Assembly (NCBI GenBank): GCA_002269645.1
Contig: NIVC01001036.1
Span: 62,001-126,000, forward strand
Length of the DNA: 64,000 nucleotides
Direction: 5' to 3'
DNA from: Macrostomum lignano
Taxonomy: Eukaryota
Within the stretch, counting starts at the first letter, position 1, and every line of letters begins with the position of its first letter. Of the stretch, positions 39,481 to 64,000 are shown in pieces. The position numbers and the translations under genes were made by a program. The notes beneath the pieces are model-generated. The model was not told where the DNA came from. It made no database searches and was given only the letters and a program-made list of their open reading frames with translations.

Positions 39481-41246
39481 GATAGACAAGCCGCAGTCCT
39501 ACACTCACTCCTTGTAGGCCCAGCCATCAGTGGTATCCTGGTTGACCAGCTCGGCTTTGTGTGGATGATGCGGGCGGTCGCGGCATGCAACCTGGTGATG
39601 GCGCCGGTGCTGATGCTGTTGAGCGGAGGCCAGCAAGTGACGTCTTCGCAGAAGCTGAGGCTGGACTGACTGAAGACTTTGCTGAAGCTGCATCAAGCGT
39701 AAAAATCAATAGACATTGAACTACGTAGCAATTTGACAGATCTATGATAATAAGTATAATAATAATAATGAAAATATTTGTAATAACTGAAGAGTTTGGT
39801 CGGGTGGTGATCAGTCACCCGAAAACTCCCACTTCCAGACACTTAAGCCTGGGAACAAATTCAGTGATCACTTACTGTTGCGGGCTCCTCTTCTTTGTCG
39901 CGCGTGTCTGTAGAGCTCGTCTCCCGGGGTAGTCTTCTTCAAGTCTAGAATCGGCCGAAAGCGAGAGCGGAACAATAAAATCGACGTCGCAGTATTCCTC
40001 GTGTGCAGAAATCAATATCAACGATGCGCCCTAATAACAAAACCAACTTCTATAACAATACGAGGTCCTCCAGAAAGGGCGTCTTCTTCTAGAACTAACG
40101 GAATCGGAGTCATGTGCTCCGATCGGTTAATCTAGGATAATCCAAAATCAATAACTCGATAATCCTCTAAGGGTATCGGAATCGGTCGGCAGATCCTATC
40201 CAATCCCTTAGGAAAAGGGAGGCCTCAAACTCAATAGTCTCAATAAAATCAACTGAAGAGTAACGGCCGGCAATAACAATCGCTCTCAATAATCAAAATA
40301 ACGAAGAGTTTGGCTGCTCTTGCAAAGCCCAAGATCTTTGGAGGCTGCTCCGAGTCTGAGATTTCAGCTCGGATTTTGCTTGTATTTATAGTCAAATTTT
40401 GGTATATTATTAGTAACTTTGCTCAGATTTCATCATATTTCATCATGCGTTGTAATTTGATTCATACTTCATCGTAAGTTGTATTCATGGTCTTAAAAAT
40501 AGAGTATGACAATTTTGCAATTTTATAGCATTCAAGTTTTTCGCGTTTTTATGTTACTACTTATAGTAGTTTACTTTGTATCGTTTCTGGAGATCTCTAC
40601 ATAACGTTCAAAGCCTTTGTCGACACCGCTGACTCCTCAACACATACAAGCGCGCCAATACTGTACGCAGACACGCACTCATACACACTCACACTACAGA
40701 ACTTCATTTCTGTACTTAAATTATTAACTTCATTGCAGTTCTGTGACAGTGGCTTCTGCTGCTGCTAATAAAGGTTATATTACCTCAATTACTTCCATAG
40801 ATTAGAAATTAGAAATTAAATTATACAATAGAAAAAATAATGTAAGCATGCTAAAAATACGTCGGCTAATTCGTTGGTGTCCTTTGTTACACAGTGGTTA
40901 TCTGATCGCATCAGAAGAGCAAGTTAAGGGATAAAAAATTAACAGTGTATGCGTCCTGTGTATTTTCAACAGTAGCTATAAATAAACACAAAAATACAAT
41001 TGGGGAATACTATTTAAAAACAACTGCAAATCGCTTGCGGAGCGCTGAGATGAAGCAACCGATCTAAGTGTAAGCTTAAATGGAGACACGATCTTCCGGA
41101 ACCACAGTTCGAGAATGGGTTAATAAGATTGAAAATTTTCAAGTTTTTTGTGCTAAAGTTGAAAGTTAGAACGACTGTATGACGAATTTCTGCTAACTCC
41201 TTACTTGGAAGGCTTCTGAGCTTTTAGCCACAGAATACTATAATTA

Positions 41247-42170
41247 CTAGACATGTCCACTCGCAGTTAAAGTTATAAAAAACACAGTGTCCACTCTTTT
41301 TAATAGGTTGTCTCCACAGTGTCACTTAAATTATTTCTGGCAGCTAAAATTTATTTTCCTTCCCGGCTTCAGGAGCATACGCTCGTATGGGGGAGGGGGT
41401 AAAAATGAATAACAAGCATTTAACTCGATGTACAATAAAAGAGCAGTGAGGAGAGAGGGCAAAGTCAGACGGACAAAACTCAGCCTAGGGAAAAGGCCCA
41501 ATCTAGCTTGCAGCCAATGAGAGAGCAGTAAGGAGAGAGGGCAAAGTCAGACGAAAAAAACTCAGCTCGGGGGGCAGGCCCAATCTAGCTCAGCCAATGA
41601 GAGAACAGTAAGGAGAGAGGGCAAAGTCAGACGGACAAAACTAAGCCTAGGGGAAAGGCCCAATCTAGCTTGCAGCCAATAAGAGAACAGTAAGGAGAGA
41701 GGGCAAAGTCAGACGAAAAAAACTCAGCTCGGGGGGCAGGCCCAATCTAGCTCAGCCAATGAGAGAACAGTAAGGAGAGAGGGCAAAGTCAGACGGACAA
41801 AACTAAGCCTAGGGGAAAGGCCCAATCTAGCTTGCAGCCAATAAGAGAACAGTAAGGAGAGAGGGCAAAGTCAGACGGACAAAACTCAGCTCAGGGGGCA
41901 GGCCCAATCTAGCTCAGCCAATGAGAGAGCAGTAAAATAATTTCGAGTTTGAGGTAGTCTGGAGTTGGTAAAACAGGATGAAGAGGCAGTGAAGACGCTG
42001 ATTTAATTGGTCTGTTTCTAGAAAGCCGATTTTTGCAGCTTCATAAACTTTAAATTTCATGTAAAATTTAGTTGAATTTTAATTTAACTATCATGCTCTT
42101 CGGAGCAAAATGCCAATTTTACTACTAAAAAAGAGTAGATGGGTGCACTTTTTGCCAGTGACATGTCTAG
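41247..42170. mobile_element. Candidate non-autonomous DNA element carrying an internal ~80-bp tandem array (41445-41935)
   Basis: 11-bp inverted termini ctagacatgtc (41247) / gacatgtctag (42160-42170). An inverted partial homolog, including non-repeat flank, lies at 53140-53390. No TSD was found. Confidence 0.5.
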
Positions 42171-42952
42171 CTATTCTATACCCTCATAGTAGCATCTCTA
42201 GTATCTCTGCTTTTAGCTAAGTGATTGAATGGCACGGACTGAAAACACTACAATACCCTACGAGAAGAAACTGTCTCTATGGCTGAAACGCATTGATTGA
42301 TCGCAGTAAAAAAAGCACAGCTACATCGGAAGGTAAACGCAGGATTACAGATAACATTAATTTGATAATTGGTACTGCTTGTACTATTATAATTTTCCAA
42401 TACAATCAAATTGTAGTTTTTAATCTCTATGTGCAGTATTTTAGAATAGAAAAAATAGGAGTGAATTAGACGAAGCTTACAAGAAATCCGTATTTAGAAT
42501 ATCACGCAGAATACTTTGACTTTACTTTTATTGATACAAACAGACACACAGTTTGGCTTTGGGCCAATGTAAATAAGCAATTGCAATACTTCAATCACGA
42601 TTTTTATTCAGTATGAGAATGGTATTGTCGAATCGGGCCAAACTGTTATGCTGCAAGGACGTTTATAGTAGAACGGCTGACAGGGGACGACGAAGGACGA
42701 AAAGTTATGCTTTGAAGGTCGATTTTTTATACGATTTTAACCCTATTTTTTTGAACGCTGTCAACGCACCTTACCGGAGGCTGCGGCAGTCGGGATTATT
42801 TTTCTTAAGACCTTAACTAATTATTTGTTCTTCAGTTGGTAAATAAAATAAAAGGATTCAAATTTTGCAAAAATCTACCAGCCGGCCTTCAAAACACTCC
42901 AATCGAGACATATCGTCTCAAGTTTCAACTAATTAATTTCCTATATTTTGCG

Positions 42953-59784
<16,832 letters not shown>

Positions 59785-60051
59785 CTGCAAGCATTATTTG
59801 AGTGCGGTGTCTCTGTTGTCCATTTTTGCAACCAGGTTGCGTTTAAAAAGATTTTCTGGCTCAAGTGGAACAAGAGCGCAAATACTGTGGCATGCACACT
59901 GTGTTTCATAGCCCGACTATCTTACGGGTCAAACTTTTGTTCACAAGTCCCAAATTAATTTGTCCCGCACACAGAATCAAATCAGGGATTGTGGCATGAG
60001 AGAGTCAGACGCCAGGCCCTATCTGATGTACATTAAATGTACATTGATGCT

Positions 60052-60333
60052 GGGGCCGAAGCCTAGTGGTCTGGCGCTGCGCTCTGATGGGCCAGCGGCT
60101 CAAACTTGGGGCTAAATTGGAATTTCGGCTTGGCTCTGCTCGTGCAATTAGCGGTCTTGAGGTTCAATCCCCCAGGGCACACTGAGGTGTACATGAGTAA
60201 CGATAAATAAAGTTAGGGCCGCTGTACACTCCTGTGAGTGTGTGCCTGTGCGTATGACTGCGTACGTATCCGCGCGCTTGTGTGCTTAGGGGAGTCGGCG
60301 GAATGGGCAGCAATGCCTCTCGCCGGTTGTGAC
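60052..60333 (+). mobile_element. tRNA-derived SINE, family B, copy 3 (B-box region deleted, 3' truncated)
   Basis: ggggccgaagcctagtggtc head, with the body colinear with the other two copies. Confidence 0.83.
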
Positions 60334-61569
60334 ACAGTCCCCTACCTCTAATCCACTAAACTCAAACACCGTAAATTGTAGATTTCGAAGGTTTTTTAAT
60401 CCAGATGCTGCTTTTTCCAAGCCATGGATGTCTAGTTGATGCAAACCAATTTCTGTAGCCCATAGACATGTAAAGAAACATCCCCAATATCTACTTAATA
60501 GTAGTAAGCAAATGCACTGCAATGTAAGAAATTCTTAATTTCATCAACAGCAATCTGGAAGCTATTATTCACCAGCCGTCTTATGCATGAAGACTGATTA
60601 TTTAGGTATAATTTATCTAAATCTTGCATTGTCGCGGGTTTCTTGCCATCAAACGGACACAGAGGTACACACGAGTGAGTAAAATCACTCTCCACTCTCC
60701 CACTCTCACCCCACAGCGGGAATGACCCAGAAATAATCCTTCCTGGCATGCCTGAAGAAGCAGATTGAAAATTTTTTGCCCACTCTACTCCACCCTCCCC
60801 CTCAGTCCAAGGTGCATCGATTTTCGACGTAGCCAGGTGAAGTGCGGATAGCGGGGGGGGTGGCGAGGCAGAGTGCACGGGCAACCGCAAGGGACTCAGT
60901 TGGGAAATCAGCTGGCTAAGCTCTACTACCTCTGCGGTGAATCATTTTTTATCCCGGTTCGCCCTCAGCGGCATCTCAGAGCAAACCCCTGATTCAATTA
61001 GACGCTTGGACAGAGATCTGTGACACCTTCCTCCCCACGGTCGCTCTTGAACCGGCCGCTGGGCTGCGGGGAAAGGGCGGAGAATCGTCAAGTATCGTTG
61101 AAGATCCGCGCACATCCGCAATCTCCTTCATCGTCCGTTACAGTTTGAAGTTTTCGCTTAACTAACTTAGCGCGCGATCGGGCACGACAGCGACCCCCCC
61201 CCACTTCATCTCCTTCAGTGGCAAAATCTGCAACTCCTCTCCAACCGCGAGGGAATTATCGGCTTTCAATTTGGCCTATTAGCGAATAAAGCAGCGCGGC
61301 TCGGGAAAAGAAGGATCCGGGCTTCTTCTTCTACGGTTGAGTCACAAAATTGTTTTGCCAAATTGTAACCGGCCCATTACACACACCGGGCTACCCTCTT
61401 TGACGCATCTGGACAGGACTGACTCAGAATAGAGAGCCAAGAAGGGTTTGGGATGCTGAAGAGGCTTCCCTTGTGGGGATCTGGGGAGGACTGAATTCCT
61501 CAGTGTGCTGGCCATCTGGGATTTCTGGATTCAACGCTAAGTCGCCTGTGAGGCTGGCATCAGGACAAG

Positions 61570-61800
<231 letters not shown>

Positions 61801-62616
61801 GCGCACTGGCAGGTCATAAAGCATCTGTCTGATCAGCCAGGCAGTAAATTAGCCATCAAACCAATGCGGATGCCGCACAGAGAGGAAGCGCCTCCGCCGG
61901 GCCGGGAAACGCCAGGCCAAATATTAGCACAGGCTGCAGCGCCTTCCAAGCTAATAAAGCCGATCCGCCTTTCAGAGCCGCTCTAAATGAGCTCAGCCAG
62001 CAACTTCCACCCGCTCGCCCTCTCGCCTTGCTCCGTCCCCAAACCCGACTGCTCAGCCGCAGCCTTTCAGCGCAGCCTTGATTTATTGCCTCTGCGCCCC
62101 TGTCCCACTTTTTCTTCGCCTTTCACGGCAGAATTTGAGCAGTGTTCTCCTACCGGTTTCCCCTGCGAGTGAGTCCTTCCCCTCGCCTCCCATCGCGGGG
62201 ACACGGGAGGGGAAGCCGGGAGAGGGAGACTTTCTGGAAGGGATTACCGTCGGGGGACCTTAATTAGAGCCGCGGAGGCGGCTTCGGGGCCTTTCTGTTC
62301 CATCTCTTTTTTTATTTTTGCCACCTCTGCCTGTCGCAGATCTCTAAGTGGGAGTGCCGCAGAAGCAGCCGAAGCCGGCACGGAAAGAGCTGACAGCCCC
62401 TATTGGGGTTGAGAGAGTATTTTAAAGCAGGCTTTAGTCCATCTTTTCCTTTGCACTGTCCCTTTATCTGTTTGTACTCAATCGAGTATGTGTACCCCGT
62501 GTGTAATCGGACATTTCTATTGAAAAAATAACTTGTTTCAATATTGTAAAAGTTGTGAATTTAAAATAGGATCTATAATAAGGCTTGTACGGTTCTTGAA
62601 AAAATGCTTTCTTACT

Positions 62617-63050
62617 CTATCAGAGGTCCTTGACAGCCAGCTCACTATCAGAGGTCCTTGACAGCCAGCCAGCTCACTATCAGAGGTCCTTGTCAGCCAG
62701 CTAACCCACTATCAGAGGTCCTTGGCAGCCAGCTAACCCACTATCAGAGGTCCTTGGCAGCCAGCTAGCTCAATATCAGAGGTCCTTTCCAGCCAGCTAA
62801 CCCACTATCAGAGGTCCTTGGCAGCCAGCTAACCCACTATCAGAGGTCCTTGGCAGCCAGCTAACCCACTATCAGAGGTCCTTGGCAGCCAGCTAACCCA
62901 CTATCAGAGGTCCTTGGCAGCCAGCTAACCCACTATCAGAGGTCCTTGGCAGCCAGCTAACCCACTATCAGAGGTCCTTGGCAGCCAGCTAACCCACTAT
63001 CAGAGGTCCTTGGCAGCCAGCTAACCCACTATCAGAGGTCCTTGGCAGCC
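62617..63050. repeat. 32-bp minisatellite (cactatcagaggtccttggcagccagctaacc), ~13 copies
   Basis: Direct tandem repeat. Confidence 0.96.
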
Positions 63051-64000
63051 TTGTTGCTGGCCAGGCATAATCTGGGCAGTGCGGATGCAGCTCTGTTTGC
63101 CATGAGAGGCTGGCAGCCAGGCTCACAAGGCGTTGATTTTGAGCCCCCAGGGCGGACAGATCTCAGATGCTCCATCCCAGTTGCATTTCCCAATTCCATT
63201 TTCTCCCTTTTTACTCGGCTTCCTTTCGTCTCTCCGCCTCTCTACATCCCAGGCCGTTATTTCCCAGCTCAAATCCTGGCAACAAATCCCAGCTTCGCCC
63301 CAAAAAGCCCCCCCCCCTCATCCGATTGCGTAACGCGAGAAGGCAATCAAAGGGGACGCCCTCGTCGATGCGGTCTTGAGAGGATGCCGCGGAGATGGAG
63401 AAACGAGATGAAGCTCTACTGTAAGAAGGTCAGCTGCTCATTTGGGGCAATCAAAAAGCAATGCTGAATGCATCTTTCCTTGAGCTTTTCTCCAATCTAG
63501 AAGAAGCGAGGGAGGCAACCCGTTTGCTTCTAGCAGACGGAAAGAGGAAAAAGAAAGCAGGTTTTTTCGGTTCTCCAGCGATTTGGTATTTTTCGAATAT
63601 TCTCGAACGAGTTATCGACCAAGTATTGAAGATTGAGACGACTTATTATAAGACTTCAAGCTAATTATATAGGACGGCAAAGTTAAGCAGAGTTGGCCGC
63701 GGTTAGTACGCAGATGGATAGTGACAGTGAGCAGCTGACCCACTTTGACTTCCTATGTCCTCGGTTGCTGTCCATTGCTAATAAGCCGCTCCAATGGTTC
63801 CAAATGAATTCTGAAGATACGAACAGAAAGAGACAGAAGTATTTTAATCTAAAAGACCCCTACCCGGTCATGGAGAGATCTAATTAAAAAAACGAGGGGA
63901 AGAAAGAATCCCTTTTTTGATTATTATTAATTAATGCGACGCGGTTTGTCCCCCGGCTCAGCTGAGCAGAGAAAAAACATCGGGGGGGGGGTGGATTCGT

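Overview
This is eukaryotic (animal) genomic DNA with GC-rich GT-AG spliced exons inside AT-rich, very minisatellite-rich introns. The style resembles a Macrostomum-like flatworm, which is inference and not verified. The ORF track is mostly misleading here, because the long ORFs are repeats and the real genes are spliced. I reconstructed six genes by hand. (1) Minus-strand exons for an Sxl/ELAV-type double-RRM protein (17125-12411) can splice in frame onto a serine dehydratase domain (8795-6255) whose PLP-binding lysine is replaced by Cys. The predicted 791-aa RNA-binding/pseudoenzyme chimera is the best candidate for novelty. (2) A short stathmin-like gene. (3) A 4-exon PTCD1-like mitochondrial PPR gene. 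(4) An intronless secreted 295-aa protein. (5) A broken, divergent SLC18/VMAT-like transporter lacking key charged residues. (6) An 11-exon Ig/FN3 single-pass receptor of probable Ihog/CDON/BOC type, whose first exon was not found. The window also holds two tRNA-derived SINE families (5 copies), three LINE fragments, a solo LTR with a TSD and more than 25 unrelated tandem repeats, several abutting or mimicking splice sites. All coordinates, counts and alignments were made by eye, with no database search.
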